Origin: Gammaproteobacteria bacterium | Lineage (GTDB): Bacteria; Pseudomonadota; Gammaproteobacteria; UBA9214 | Reading direction: 5' to 3' | DNA length: 59,479 bases | NCBI GenBank assembly: GCA_020344335.1 | Contig: CP070821.1 | Span: 2,186,119-2,245,597, forward strand | Part shown: in pieces, positions 27,957-40,830 of the stretch | Layout of the letters: each line of letters starts with the position of its first letter | Position numbering within the stretch: position 1 is the first letter of the stretch | The notes under the pieces: model-generated | What the model saw: only the letters and a program-made list of their open reading frames with translations | Told to the model about the DNA's origin: nothing | The model's database searches: none | Position numbers and translations under genes: made by a program

Positions 27957-29048
27957 TTATTCCTGCGCACCCGCGGCCACGGCACGTTTCCGGCGTTCGG
28001 TCAACGCGTCGGCATCGGGTCCAGCATGCACCAGCCAGTCACGGGCATGCTGCTCGGCCAGTTGCGCCAGTGCCGTGACATGGGCAGGCTCCTCGTTGAG
28101 GCAGGGAATGTAACCGAAATCTTTCCCACCGGCCGCGAGAAAGATCTCGCGGTTCTGCAGGCTGATCTCTTCCAGCGTTTCCAGGCAGTCTGCGCTGAAA
28201 CCGGGACAGATCACGTGGACATTTTTCACTCCCTCCTTACCTAGCGCCCTGAGGGTCTTGTCGGTATAGGGTTGTAGCCATTGCTTCGGACCGAGCCGTG
28301 ACTGGAACGTCAACAGCCAGCGTTCTGCAGGCAAATCCAGTGCCGCCGCCAGCAGGCGCCCGGTTTTTTGACACTCGCAATAGTATGGGTCGCCGGCATG
28401 GAAATAATCCTCCGGGATACCATGAAACGACATCACCAGGCGCTCGGGCTGGCCGTGTTCCGACCAGTAGTTGCGAACGCTGCCAGCGAGTGCCTGTATA
28501 TAGGGCGGGAAATCATGATAATGATTGATAAAACGCATCTCGGGCAGCCAGCGCCACGTTTGCAGCTCATGGGTCACCGCGTCAAAGGTTGATGCGCTGG
28601 TGGTAGCGGAATACTGTGGATACAACGGCATCACCAGCAGGCGCCGCGCGCCGGCCTGGCGCAGTTCCTCCAGTCCGGCGGCAATGGACGGGTTGCCATA
28701 GCGCATGGCAAGCGCGACCTGCACACCGGAACCGAATTTCTCCTTTAATGCGACCTGCAGCGCATCACGCTGGCGCCGCGAAATCACCAGTAGCGGCGAG
28801 CCTTCCTCTGTCCAGACTTTCGCGTAGGCATGGGCCGAGCGCCGCGGCCGCAGGTTGAGGATAATCAGGTTCAATACCACCCACCAGAGTGGCCGGGCCA
28901 TTTCCACTACCCGTGGGTCCCACAGAAATTCCTTGAGGTAGCGACGCACAGCTTTGGTGTCCGGCGCATCCGGTGTCCCGAGGTTGGCCACCAGGATACC
29001 GGTACATTCGGGTGCGTCATGTCGAAAGCTTGGAGTTGGTTCTTTCAA
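27957..29048 (-). CDS. hemH: Ferrochelatase
   Basis: Matching stretches are GILVANLGTPDAP, LYPQYS, FHGIPE and PGFSADCLETLEEI. The start codon is TTG. Confidence 0.93.
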   Translation of the reverse strand: MKEPTPSFRHDAPECTGILVANLGTPDAPDTKAVRRYLKEFLWDPRVVEMARPLWWVVLNLIILNLRPRRSAHAYAKVWTEEGSPLLVISRRQRDALQVALKEKFGSGVQVALAMRYGNPSIAAGLEELRQAGARRLLVMPLYPQYSATTSASTFDAVTHELQTWRWLPEMRFINHYHDFPPYIQALAGSVRNYWSEHGQPERLVMSFHGIPEDYFHAGDPYYCECQKTGRLLAAALDLPAERWLLTFQSRLGPKQWLQPYTDKTLRALGKEGVKNVHVICPGFSADCLETLEEISLQNREIFLAAGGKDFGYIPCLNEEPAHVTALAQLAEQHARDWLVHAGPDADALTERRKRAVAAGAQE

Positions 29049-29402
29049 GATAACCGCCGTAGCTGTTTGTTGACTGGCTTATCGAAAACATGGATGTAAC
29101 CGTTTACCCGGTTTACTGCACACCCGGACCGGCATTCATGCAACGCTATTTAAAAAGAGTATCCCTTGTCTTTTATTTCCTTGCTTCGGGTGCTTGGTAA
29201 CGACTGCATGTATACAGTAGATAGAGTAACGTATGGAGCAGTTACCGAGAAGGACAGGATGAGGGAATATTGATCTTCTTGTCACCTCCCGGAGGGACAT
29301 GGGGTTTTTTTACAGGATAGCAGTTATATCAGGAATCTCATCCAGGCACGTACTGGCAAGCAATCTCGCATAGAGGCAGCTAACTACCCGAAGGAATATT
29401 GT

Positions 29403-31238
29403 TTATTCGACCGTCACCGACTTGGCGAGGTTGCGCGGCTGGTCGATGTCCGTACCCTTGAGAACGGCAACGTGATACGCAAGCAGTTGCATCGGAATGG
29501 AAAAGATGATCGGCGCGATGCTGTCCTCGGTGGGTGCAGCTGGCAGCACGATCACGCCCGGGGAGCTAATCATGCCGACCTTGGCGTCGGCAAACACAAT
29601 CAGCTCACCACCACGGGCACGCACTTCCTGCAGATTTGATTTAAGTTTCTCCAGCAGTTCGTTGTTCGGCGCCACTGCAATCACCGGCATGCTGGCATCG
29701 ACCAGTGCCAGGGGCCCATGCTTGAGTTCTCCGGCAGGATAGGCCTCGGCATGTATATAGGATATCTCCTTGAGCTTGAGTGCCCCCTCCATCGCCACGG
29801 GAAATTGCGCACCCCGCCCCAGGAACAGGGCATTGTGCTTGTCGCCAAAATGTTCCCGCGCCAGTGTGATGATCTGCTCGTTCAGGTTCAGCGCGGCCTC
29901 CACCTTGCCGGGCACGCTGCGCAGTTCGTTGACCAGGCAGGCCTCGGTTTCCGCGCTCATGCCATGCCGGCGCCCGAGTACGATGGTCAATAACAGCATT
30001 GCCACCAGCTGGGTGGTAAACGCCTTGGTCGAGGCCACGCCAATCTCCGGACCGGCATGGGTCATCAACACCAGGTCGGATTCACGCACCAGCGAACTTT
30101 CCGGCACATTGCAGATGGCCAGCGCACGCCCGAAACCCAGCCGTCGCGCCTCGCGCAAGCCGGCAATCGTGTCGGCCGTTTCGCCGGACTGGGACAGGGT
30201 CACGATCAGGGAATTGTTGCGCACCACAGGGTGGCGATAGCGAAACTCGCTGGCCACCTCGACGCTGCAGGGGATACCGGCAATGGACTCCAGCCAGTAG
30301 CGCCCGACCATACCGGCATGATAGCTGGTACCGCAGGCAATGATGTGCACGCCTGCCACCTCGTCAAAAATCCGGTCAGCCCCGGTACCGAAGGCCGCTT
30401 CCAGTACCCGGTTGCCGCTGATGCGGCCTTCGAGGGTATCGGCAATCGCGCGCGGCTGCTCAAAGATCTCCTTGAGCATGTAGTGCGCATAGTCGCCCTT
30501 GTTGGTAGCCGCCGCCGTCACCTCCGACCTTTTTACCGGCCGTTCGACCAGATTGCCCGCCTGGTCGTACACGGCCATGCCGTCCTTCGTGATATCGGCC
30601 ACATCACCGTTCTCGAGAAACACGAAGCGGTCGGTCTCTGCAACCAATGCGGCCACATCCGAGGCAATCAGGGTTTCAGCGTCGGCCAGGCCAATAACCA
30701 GCGGGCTGCCGCGACGCGCGGCAATAAGGCGCCCGGGTTCGTCATTGCTGATTACACCGAGCGCAAATGCCCCATCGAGATCATTTATACAGGCACGTAC
30801 TGCGGCAAGCAGGTCCTTGCCCTGGTCAAGGTAATGATGCACCTGGTGGACAATGACTTCGGTATCGGTCTGTGAAGTAAACCGGTAGCCTGCCTTTTCC
30901 TGCTGTGCACGCAGTGCATCATGATTTTCGATAATGCCGTTGTGTACCAGTGCCACCCGCTCCTGGCAGATATGTGGGTGCGCGTTCTCTTCACTGGGTA
31001 TGCCGTGGGTAGCCCAGCGTGTATGGGCGATGCCGGTCAGCCCCCTTACCGGTGTTTTATCGAGTGCCTGTTCGAGATCAGAGACCTTGCCCACCGTGCG
31101 CACGCGTTCCAGCAGGGCGGCATCGCTTTGAACTGCAACACCGGCAGAATCGTAGCCGCGGTATTCGAGTCGCCGCAGGCCATCGAGCAGTATCGGGGTC
31201 ACGTCGCGCCGGGCGGCTACACCAACTATGCCACACAT
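29403..31238 (-). CDS. glmS: Glutamine-fructose-6-phosphate aminotransferase
   Basis: The N-terminus is MCGIVG, followed by two SIS domains and a C-terminal KSVTVE. The track ORF has a 12-codon spurious upstream extension. Confidence 0.96.
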   Translation of the reverse strand: MCGIVGVAARRDVTPILLDGLRRLEYRGYDSAGVAVQSDAALLERVRTVGKVSDLEQALDKTPVRGLTGIAHTRWATHGIPSEENAHPHICQERVALVHNGIIENHDALRAQQEKAGYRFTSQTDTEVIVHQVHHYLDQGKDLLAAVRACINDLDGAFALGVISNDEPGRLIAARRGSPLVIGLADAETLIASDVAALVAETDRFVFLENGDVADITKDGMAVYDQAGNLVERPVKRSEVTAAATNKGDYAHYMLKEIFEQPRAIADTLEGRISGNRVLEAAFGTGADRIFDEVAGVHIIACGTSYHAGMVGRYWLESIAGIPCSVEVASEFRYRHPVVRNNSLIVTLSQSGETADTIAGLREARRLGFGRALAICNVPESSLVRESDLVLMTHAGPEIGVASTKAFTTQLVAMLLLTIVLGRRHGMSAETEACLVNELRSVPGKVEAALNLNEQIITLAREHFGDKHNALFLGRGAQFPVAMEGALKLKEISYIHAEAYPAGELKHGPLALVDASMPVIAVAPNNELLEKLKSNLQEVRARGGELIVFADAKVGMISSPGVIVLPAAPTEDSIAPIIFSIPMQLLAYHVAVLKGTDIDQPRNLAKSVTVE

Positions 31239-31273
31239 GATCGTTTTCCTTTTGTTATGTCTGATCGTAAACA

Positions 31274-31296
31274 CCCTCTCCCTGAAAGGGAGAGGG
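31274..31296 (-). terminator. Stable hairpin between glmU and glmS; a possible attenuator or partial terminator
   Basis: CCCTCTCCC-TGAAA-GGGAGAGGG forms a 9-bp perfect stem. On the minus strand it is followed only by a weak U tract (TGTTTA). Confidence 0.35.
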
Positions 31297-31325
31297 AACG
31301 TAAATACAGTACACCCGGGTTTTAC

Positions 31326-32693
31326 TCATTTTTTCTTCACCGGTCGCTTCCAGCCCTTGCGGGTTTCCTGCGGTACGCGGCTCAACGTCAGCTCACCGGC
31401 CGGCGCATCCGTGGTAATGATCGAGCCCGCACCGATGGTAGCGCCGTCTGCCACGGTAACCGGCGCAATCAACTGGGTATCCGAGCCAATGAACACATCA
31501 TCGCCGATCACCGTGCGATGCTTGTTCGCGCCATCATAGTTGCAGGTAATGGTACCGGCACCGATATTGACATCCCGTCCTACGGTGGTATCACCGATAT
31601 AACTGAGGTGGTTGACCTTGGAACCGTTGGCAATAACGGAATTCTTTATTTCAACAAAATTCCCGACCCGGGTGTTCTCCGCCAAGTGCGTCTCCGGCCG
31701 GATCCGCGAAAAGGGACCTATACGACTTGCGTTTCCGATGGTTGCCTCCTCGAGCACGCAATTGGCCAGGATGGTGACATCATCACCCGCCGTGATATTG
31801 CGCAGCACACAGTTCGGGCCAATGTGCACGCGGTCACCAAGCGTGATCTCACCCTCCAGAACGGCGTTCACATCAATCACCACGTCCTGTCCGGCAACCA
31901 TTCGGCCGCGCAGGTCGAAGCGGTCCGGATCGATGAGGGTGACGCCATCCTCCATGCATGCCATGGCCTGACGCAATTGGTAGCCACGCTCCAGTGTCGC
32001 CAGCTGGGCGCGGGTATTGACACCGAGCACTTCATTGCGGTCCCTGGTGGTGACGCCACACACCTTAGTACCGTCAGTGACCGCCCTGGCGATAATGTCC
32101 GTGAGGTAATACTCGCCCTGCGTATTGTTGTTATCGAGCGAATTCACCCAGTTGCGCAGGTCGCCTGCCGGAGCTGCAACAAAGCCGGTATTCACTTCAC
32201 GGATCTTGCACTGTTCATCGGTGGCATCCTTTTCCTCCACACTGCCGACAATACTGCCATCGGCCGCACGCAGGATGCGCCCGTACCCGGCGGGATCGTC
32301 GAGTTCGGCCGTCAGCAGCCCGACTTGATTCTCCATCGCTATCTCCTGCAAGGCACCCAGCGTTTCCTTGCGGATCAGTGGCACATCGCCGTACATCACC
32401 AGTACCGCATGATCATTTGGAACCCTGGGCAGCACCTGTGCAACTGCGTGACCGGTGCCCAGTTGCTGTTCCTGGGTTACCCAGTGGATAGCAGGATCAG
32501 GAAAGGCATCGCGCACGCGGTCACCGCCGTGACCGACGACAACATGCAACTTGGCCTTGTCAAAACGTCGTGCCGTTTCGAGTACATGGGCAAGCAGCGG
32601 GCGGCCCCCCAGCGGGTGCAGGACCTTGGGCAGGACGGAACGCATACGCGCCCCCTGGCCGGCGGCAAGAATGATTATATCGAGGTTCATCAA
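31326..32693 (-). CDS. glmU: Bifunctional UDP-N-acetylglucosamine pyrophosphorylase / GlcN-1-P acetyltransferase
   Basis: It shows ILAAGQGARMRS, hexapeptide-repeat left-handed beta-helix sequence, and a C-terminal basic tail. Confidence 0.96.
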   Translation of the reverse strand: MMNLDIIILAAGQGARMRSVLPKVLHPLGGRPLLAHVLETARRFDKAKLHVVVGHGGDRVRDAFPDPAIHWVTQEQQLGTGHAVAQVLPRVPNDHAVLVMYGDVPLIRKETLGALQEIAMENQVGLLTAELDDPAGYGRILRAADGSIVGSVEEKDATDEQCKIREVNTGFVAAPAGDLRNWVNSLDNNNTQGEYYLTDIIARAVTDGTKVCGVTTRDRNEVLGVNTRAQLATLERGYQLRQAMACMEDGVTLIDPDRFDLRGRMVAGQDVVIDVNAVLEGEITLGDRVHIGPNCVLRNITAGDDVTILANCVLEEATIGNASRIGPFSRIRPETHLAENTRVGNFVEIKNSVIANGSKVNHLSYIGDTTVGRDVNIGAGTITCNYDGANKHRTVIGDDVFIGSDTQLIAPVTVADGATIGAGSIITTDAPAGELTLSRVPQETRKGWKRPVKKK

Positions 32694-32811
32694 GGGTATT
32701 GTTAACTCAATTCATAATGTTAACGGCACTAACCCGCAATACTGGAACCTCCAGGATGATAGCACGGCTGTCGGCTATCGCTGAGACAGTCGCCGCTTTG
32801 TAAAGGATTCC

Positions 32812-32893
32812 GGGGACAGACCCCGATTTCGAAACGTGAAACCAGGGGGCGTCTTGCATGCACTAAACTTGTACGAAATCGGGGTCTGTCCCC
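32812..32893. repeat. Perfect 20-bp inverted repeat with a 42-nt loop (REP/MITE-like hairpin)
   Basis: GGGGACAGACCCCGATTTCG at 32812-32831 is the exact reverse complement of CGAAATCGGGGTCTGTCCCC at 32874-32893. Each arm also contains its own mini-palindrome, GGGG-N5-CCCC. Confidence 0.8.
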
Positions 32894-32902
32894 AAGCCAA
32901 GT

Positions 32903-33391
32903 CTAGTGCAGCACCGGTACCGGCATGGGTTCCACACCATTGGTCATCTCATCCTCGCTGGCTGCGCGGATCTCGACAACCTTGATGTTGAAGGCGATGA
33001 CCTTGCCAGCCAGTGGATGATTGCCGTCCACCGTCAGCTTGCCGTCTCCGATATGCGTGACCGTGAATTTACGGGCCTCACCCGCATCATTCATCATCTC
33101 CACCTCGGCTCCGATACGGCGAAACTCGGGCGGTACGTTATCGATATCGTCGGTGTAGGTCAGGCTCTCGTCGTATGGCCCGAACCCCTCTTCCGGAGTC
33201 AGCGACACCTTGACGCTGTCCCCGACCAGGCAACCTTCGAGTGCCTGCTCGATTTTCTCGAACAGGTCATGCTTGCCACCGTGTACATAGCTGATCGGCA
33301 AGTCAGACTGTTCTACGATCTCTCCGGTCTCGTCCTGGATAGAATAGGTGAACGACACAACGGTGCCGTTACTGACGATGGATTCTGTCAT
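32903..33391 (-). CDS. FKBP-type peptidyl-prolyl cis-trans isomerase (SlyD/FkpB-like)
   Basis: Matching stretches are VVSFTYSIQDETGEIVEQSD..., HPLAGK and FNIKVVEIRAAS. The gene starts 21 nt after the atpC stop. Confidence 0.86.
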   Translation of the reverse strand: MTESIVSNGTVVSFTYSIQDETGEIVEQSDLPISYVHGGKHDLFEKIEQALEGCLVGDSVKVSLTPEEGFGPYDESLTYTDDIDNVPPEFRRIGAEVEMMNDAGEARKFTVTHIGDGKLTVDGNHPLAGKVIAFNIKVVEIRAASEDEMTNGVEPMPVPVLH

Positions 33392-33412
33392 CAGGGTATG
33401 ATCGGACCCGGG

Positions 33413-33838
33413 TTAACGGTGTACTTTCTCGCGCAGCTTCTGTATCGCCCGCAGCTGCGCGATCGACTGGGCCAGCTCGGCCTGGGCCTTGGCATAATCG
33501 ATATCGGCCGTCTTGTCGGCGAGCAGTTTCTCTGCGCGCTCCTTCGCCTCGAGCGCCTGTGCCTCATCGATATCGGCGGCGCGAATGGCCGTGTCGGCCA
33601 GCACGGTGACCACGTGCGGCTGTACCTCGAGCATGCCGCCGGAGACAAAGAACGACTGTTCATCACCACCATCGGTCTGCACCCGCACCTCACCCGGCTT
33701 GAGGCGGGTCAGCAACGGGGCATGGCGCGGTGCAATGCCAATCTCGCCCATTTCAGCAGGGGCAAAGATCATCGTGGCCGTGCCCGAGAAAATCTCGGTC
33801 TCGGCACTGACAATATCAACATGCAGGGTCATTGCCAT
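33413..33838 (-). CDS. atpC: F1 ATP synthase epsilon subunit
   Basis: The product starts [19 protein letters not shown], is 141 aa, and occupies the expected operon position. Confidence 0.95.
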   Translation of the reverse strand: MAMTLHVDIVSAETEIFSGTATMIFAPAEMGEIGIAPRHAPLLTRLKPGEVRVQTDGGDEQSFFVSGGMLEVQPHVVTVLADTAIRAADIDEAQALEAKERAEKLLADKTADIDYAKAQAELAQSIAQLRAIQKLREKVHR

Positions 33839-34102
33839 CTCGTGGTTCCGAACAGTTAGCTCGCAAATCTCATCGGGATCCAGGATGCTGGCGCAGGAGT
33901 CGCGTGTCTGGATGCCGCTTTGGAGCGAAAGTGGTAGCCGTTGCTACCACTTGAGTGAAAAGCCAGTACAGGCACGCGAGAACCAGCCAGGGACTGGATA
34001 GGCATGGCCGGATAACGCGCTGTCTTTTGACTGTCAGTCATATTTTCGTTTCCACACAATATTGATTTGAGTTGCAGCCGCCCGCTGAGATATGCGGGCT
34101 GA

Positions 34103-35512
<1,410 letters not shown>

Positions 35513-35573
35513 TCAGGGGTGCAGAATCTGTTCTGTTCCCTTGCCCTGCTAAATTCTATTCCTTGGGCTGCTG

Positions 35574-36434
35574 CTATACAGCGGCTGCGCCCCCGACGAT
35601 TTCGGAGATCTCCTGGGTAATTGCAGCCTGACGTGCCTTGTTATAGATCAGCTGCAGTTCATCGATCAGGCTGCCGGCATTATCGGTCGCCGCCTTCATG
35701 GCAACCATGCGCGCCGCCTGCTCGCAGGCCACGTTTTCCACGACGCCCTGATACACCAGGGATTCGATGTAGCGGATCATCAGGGCATCCATCACCGGTT
35801 TTGAGTCCGGCTCGTAGATGTAATCCCAGTGCGTCTTCAGTGCTTCGTCATCCGCACCCAGTACCGGCAACAGCTGTTTGAGTTCCGGCTGCTGCGTCAT
35901 GGTGTTCACAAACAGGTTATGCGCGATGTGCAGTTCATCGATGCGGCCCTCCTCGTAGGCGTCCAGCATCACCTTGACGGTACCGATCAGCTCGATGATT
36001 GACGGTGCATCGCCGAGGTGACTGGCCGTGGACACCACGTTGCCGCCGAGGCGTTTGAAAAACGCGTTGCTCTTGGAGCCGATCAGGTTCAGGTCGATCT
36101 CGAGGTTGTTTGCATCCCACTCCTTCATTGCGGCAATGGCGATCTTGAAGAGATTGATATTCAGCCCGCCACAGAGTCCGCGGTCTGTCGATATGATAAT
36201 CAAACCGACACGCCGGGTTTCGCGCTTCACCAGAAACGGGTGGTGGTACTCGGGGTGAGCATGCGCAAGGTGCGAAATCACGTTCTGTATCTTTTCGGCA
36301 TACGGCCGGGTCGCACGCATGCGATCCTGCGCCTTGCGCATCTTGCTCGCCGCAACCATTTCCATGGCCTTGGTGATCTTCTGCGTATTCTTGATGCTCG
36401 CGATCTTGGTGCGGATTTCCTTGGCGCCTGACAT
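35574..36434 (-). CDS. atpG: F1 ATP synthase gamma subunit
   Basis: The product starts [36 protein letters not shown]. Confidence 0.96.
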   Translation of the reverse strand: MSGAKEIRTKIASIKNTQKITKAMEMVAASKMRKAQDRMRATRPYAEKIQNVISHLAHAHPEYHHPFLVKRETRRVGLIIISTDRGLCGGLNINLFKIAIAAMKEWDANNLEIDLNLIGSKSNAFFKRLGGNVVSTASHLGDAPSIIELIGTVKVMLDAYEEGRIDELHIAHNLFVNTMTQQPELKQLLPVLGADDEALKTHWDYIYEPDSKPVMDALMIRYIESLVYQGVVENVACEQAARMVAMKAATDNAGSLIDELQLIYNKARQAAITQEISEIVGGAAAV

Positions 36435-36469
36435 ATCGTTACCTTGTTATTCTCAATAAAATATCATCA

Positions 36470-36556
36470 GCCTGTAGGTTGGGCTGAGGAACGAAGCCCA
36501 ACATTGGCGCCCTGGCGACGCCCTGGCCGTTGGGATTCGCCAGCTCTGCCCAACCC
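36470..36556. repeat. REP-like palindromic element pair in the atpA-atpG spacer
   Basis: One hairpin is CCTGTAGGTTGGGCT-GAGGAACGA-AGCCCAAC. A second pairing, GTTGGG...CCCAAC, lies 30-50 nt downstream. Together they lengthen the spacer to 138 bp. Confidence 0.5.
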
Positions 36557-36572
36557 GCGTCAGTATTCAGAA

Positions 36573-38114
36573 TTACCATGTGCCGGTCGCCTTGAAGTCA
36601 TCGATCGCGGCCCGCAGGGCGGACTCGATCTCATCGTTGTAGTCTGCCGTCTCGTTGATCTTGTCCAGCAGCGCCTGCTGGTTTGCGCGCATGTAGGAGT
36701 GCAAGGCATGTTCGAAATCGACGACCTTGTTGATCTCCACGTCGTCGAGAAAACCCTGGTCCGCGGCAAACAGCGATACCGCCATGTCGGCTACGGTCAG
36801 CGGGGCATACTGTTTCTGTTTCATCAGCTCGGTGACCCGCTGGCCGCGTTCCAGCTGTTTGCGGGTTGCCTCGTCGAGGTCCGAGGCAAACTGCGAGAAG
36901 GCTGCCAGTTCGCGATATTGCGCCAGTGCGAGACGCACACCACCACCCAGCTTTTTGATGATCTTGGTCTGGGCTGCACCACCGACACGCGATACCGAGA
37001 GGCCGGCGTTGATGGCCGGACGGATGCCGGCGTTGAACAGGTCGGACTCCAGGAAGATTTGCCCGTCGGTAATGGATATCACGTTGGTCGGCACGAAGGC
37101 GGAGACGTCACCGGCCTGCGTTTCAATGATCGGCAATGCGGTCAGTGACCCGGTCTTGCCCTTCACGGTACCGTTGGTGCGCTTCTCCACCTCGTCGGCA
37201 TTGATACGCGAAGCGCGTTCCAGCAGGCGCGAGTGCAGGTAGAACACGTCACCCGGGTAGGCCTCGCGGCCCGGCGGGCGCCGCAGCAGCAGGGAGACCT
37301 GGCGATACGCCCAGGCCTGCTTGGTGAGGTCGTCATAGATGATCAGCGCATCCTCGCCGCGGTCACGGAAATACTCACCCATGGTGCAGCCGGCATACGG
37401 TGCAATGTACTGCATCGCTGCCGATTCGGATGCGGGCGCAGCAACGATAATGGTGTGTTCCATGGCACCGTGCTCTTCCAGCTTGTGCGCCACGTTGGCA
37501 ATGGTCGAGTTCTTCTGGCCAATCGCCACGTAAATGCATTTAATGCCGGTTCCCTTCTGGTTGATGATGGTGTCGATCGCTACGGCGGACTTGCCGGTCT
37601 GGCGATCACCGATGATCAACTCGCGCTGTCCGCGGCCGATCGGCACCATGGAGTCAATCGACTTCAGGCCGGTCTGCACCGGCTGATCAACCGACTGGCG
37701 CGCGATCACACCCGGTGCGATCTTTTCAATCGGCGAGGTCGCCGTGGCCTCGACCGGTCCCTTGCCGTCCATCGGGTTGCCGAGTGAATCCACCACGCGG
37801 CCGAGCATGGCCGCACCGACCGGCACCTCGAGAATACGACCGGTACACTTGACGCTGTCGCCTTCCGAGATGCCCTTGTATTCGCCAAGGATAACCGCGC
37901 CGACGGAATCACGCTCGAGGTTGAGCGCCATGCCGAACACGTTGCCGGGGAACTCGATCATCTCGCCCTGCATGACGTCGGCTAGGCCGTGAATGCGGGC
38001 GATGCCGTCGGTCAGGCTGACAACCGTACCTTCTGTGCGTGCCTCGGCGACGACTTCAAACTGCTCGATACGTTTCTTGATCAGATCGCTGATTTCTGTG
38101 GGATTGAGTTGCAT
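36573..38114 (-). CDS. atpA: F1 ATP synthase alpha subunit
   Basis: The product starts [19 protein letters not shown] and carries the Walker A motif GDRQTGKS. Confidence 0.97.
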   Translation of the reverse strand: MQLNPTEISDLIKKRIEQFEVVAEARTEGTVVSLTDGIARIHGLADVMQGEMIEFPGNVFGMALNLERDSVGAVILGEYKGISEGDSVKCTGRILEVPVGAAMLGRVVDSLGNPMDGKGPVEATATSPIEKIAPGVIARQSVDQPVQTGLKSIDSMVPIGRGQRELIIGDRQTGKSAVAIDTIINQKGTGIKCIYVAIGQKNSTIANVAHKLEEHGAMEHTIIVAAPASESAAMQYIAPYAGCTMGEYFRDRGEDALIIYDDLTKQAWAYRQVSLLLRRPPGREAYPGDVFYLHSRLLERASRINADEVEKRTNGTVKGKTGSLTALPIIETQAGDVSAFVPTNVISITDGQIFLESDLFNAGIRPAINAGLSVSRVGGAAQTKIIKKLGGGVRLALAQYRELAAFSQFASDLDEATRKQLERGQRVTELMKQKQYAPLTVADMAVSLFAADQGFLDDVEINKVVDFEHALHSYMRANQQALLDKINETADYNDEIESALRAAIDDFKATGTW

Positions 38115-38139
38115 AGTGTGTATTCCTGATAGATCAAAT

Positions 38140-38676
38140 TCAGTGATTCAGTGCCGCACCCAGCCGCTCCAGCTTGCCGCGAACCGAGCCGTCGATGACC
38201 AGGTCGCCGGCACGGATAATCGCGCCACCGAGCAAGGCGGCATCCGTCGTGCAGCGCAGTTCGACATCACGGCCAAGGCGCTGTTTCAGTGCCGCGGTTA
38301 CCTTCTCCTGTTGCGCATCACTGGCCGGGAAGGCCGTAATGAGTTCAGCGCGGACGGTCTGCTCCGCCTCACGGCGCTGGATCTCGAACAGTGCGGCAAT
38401 CTCCGGCAACAGCTGCAGGCGCCGGGCTTCCGATAACACATGGATGAAGTTATGGCACTTTTCGTTGAAGCGCTCGCCGCCGATACCGATGAACAGATCC
38501 GCCAGTTGTGTCTCGGTCAACTGCGGGCTGTCAATCATGCGCGCCATTTCAGGATCCGTGGCAATGGCAGCCAGCAGTCCGAGCATGTCCGACCAGTCCT
38601 TCAGGACATCGTGCTCGCCGGCAAACAGGAATACTGCCTGTGCGTACGGACGTGCAATGGTAAGTGCTTCGGCCAT
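38140..38676 (-). CDS. atpH: F1 ATP synthase delta subunit
   Basis: The product starts [16 protein letters not shown], is 178 aa, and occupies the expected operon position. Confidence 0.93.
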   Translation of the reverse strand: MAEALTIARPYAQAVFLFAGEHDVLKDWSDMLGLLAAIATDPEMARMIDSPQLTETQLADLFIGIGGERFNEKCHNFIHVLSEARRLQLLPEIAALFEIQRREAEQTVRAELITAFPASDAQQEKVTAALKQRLGRDVELRCTTDAALLGGAIIRAGDLVIDGSVRGKLERLGAALNH

Positions 38677-39146
38677 CAGATCTCCGCTGCCAGCTTGTTC
38701 AGCAGCTCGGCATGGGCAGATTCGTCAACTTCGCGTTCCAGTACCTTGCCGGCACCGGCCACCGCAATTGACACCACCTTGCCACGCAGCTCTTCCTTGG
38801 CGCGGTTTACTTCCTGGTCAATCTCTGCTCGTGCCGCAGTCAGAAGGCGGTCGCCTTCCGCCCGCGCATCTTCCTTGGCTTCATCGACGACCTCTGCTGC
38901 GCGTTTCTCTGCGCGAATGATGATCTCGCCTGCCTGGTTCTTGGCTTCCCGCAGAATTTCCTTGGCACGTTCCTCGGCCAGTTCCTGTTCGTGCTTGCCA
39001 TGCTCGGCAGCTGCCAGGCCATCGGCAATTTTCTTCTTGCGCTCTTCCAGTGCATGGATCAGTGGCGGCCAGATAAACTTGTAGCAGAACCAGACGAACA
39101 CAAAGAACGTGATCGACTGGCCTATCAGCGTCAGGTTTATATTCAT
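38676..39146 (-). CDS. atpF: F0 ATP synthase subunit b
   Basis: A single N-terminal TM helix is followed by a long charged coiled coil. Its stop overlaps the atpH start. Confidence 0.93.
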   Translation of the reverse strand: MNINLTLIGQSITFFVFVWFCYKFIWPPLIHALEERKKKIADGLAAAEHGKHEQELAEERAKEILREAKNQAGEIIIRAEKRAAEVVDEAKEDARAEGDRLLTAARAEIDQEVNRAKEELRGKVVSIAVAGAGKVLEREVDESAHAELLNKLAAEI

Positions 39147-39179
39147 GCGTTTGTTCCGTCCCGGCGTTGCCTTGTGGCG

Positions 39180-39443
<264 letters not shown>

Positions 39444-39458
39444 TCAGATAACCAAAAA

Positions 39459-40355
<897 letters not shown>

Positions 40356-40745
40356 TCAGTTATTCCTTTTTGTTCCCGTCAGAAGCAGGCCAAACTGGCC
40401 TGCAACAAACCCGATCAGTAGCGACAACGGTTCCAGCCGCAGCATTCCCATGCCCAGTGCAAACAGGGCCAGAACCAGGGCAAACCGCTCAATGGCGCTA
40501 CGATACAGCACCCACAGGCTCTGGCCGGCCGACAGGGCCCGGCCACTGTCGGCCTGGTAACGACGCCACTCCAGCAACACCAGGTTGAGCGTGGCCATGG
40601 CACCGCCAAACAGCGCGGATAACGCCTGGAACTTCCCGGACACGGCAAACAACACCATCGCCGCCAAGCCCACCAGCACCAGCTGGATACGCAGCGCAGC
40701 ACCGATCCTGTCCAGGAAAGACCCTGAAATCAACCTATTAATCAA
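40356..40745 (-). CDS. atpI: ATP synthase protein I (AtpI). I propose a shortened start.
   Basis: It is a hydrophobic protein immediately upstream of atpB. The track ORF starts at 40832, inside the -10 element of a near-consensus promoter. A TTG at 40745 would give about 129 aa, a typical AtpI size. Confidence 0.65.
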   Translation of the reverse strand: MINRLISGSFLDRIGAALRIQLVLVGLAAMVLFAVSGKFQALSALFGGAMATLNLVLLEWRRYQADSGRALSAGQSLWVLYRSAIERFALVLALFALGMGMLRLEPLSLLIGFVAGQFGLLLTGTKRNN

Positions 40746-40830
40746 TTGCTTACGACCTGCCTGCTGTGGCCGTGCCGGCCTGACGCCGCGTGCCGCACGA
40801 GCGAACAGCCCCGGGGCAGTCGGGGCGGGC

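Noticed and set aside
29049-29402. The 354-bp lower-GC spacer downstream of glmS is the classical attTn7 position, so I checked for a Tn7-like insertion.
   Set aside because: There are no Tn7 end sequences, no tns genes and no cargo. The spacer has only short, unconvincing ORFs, for example a 24-codon ORF after GGAGGGAC.
30921-32705. A 594-aa plus-strand ORF runs antisense to glmU and the 5' end of glmS. Similar long antisense ORFs are 50026-51417, 32906-33859, 12643-13608, 52619-53311, 56537-57358, 36444-37148 and 22093-22797.
   Set aside because: All lie exactly opposite strongly supported conserved genes. Their Arg/Gly/His/Val-rich, motif-free translations are typical of shadow ORFs in GC-rich DNA. 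They have no start-site signals.
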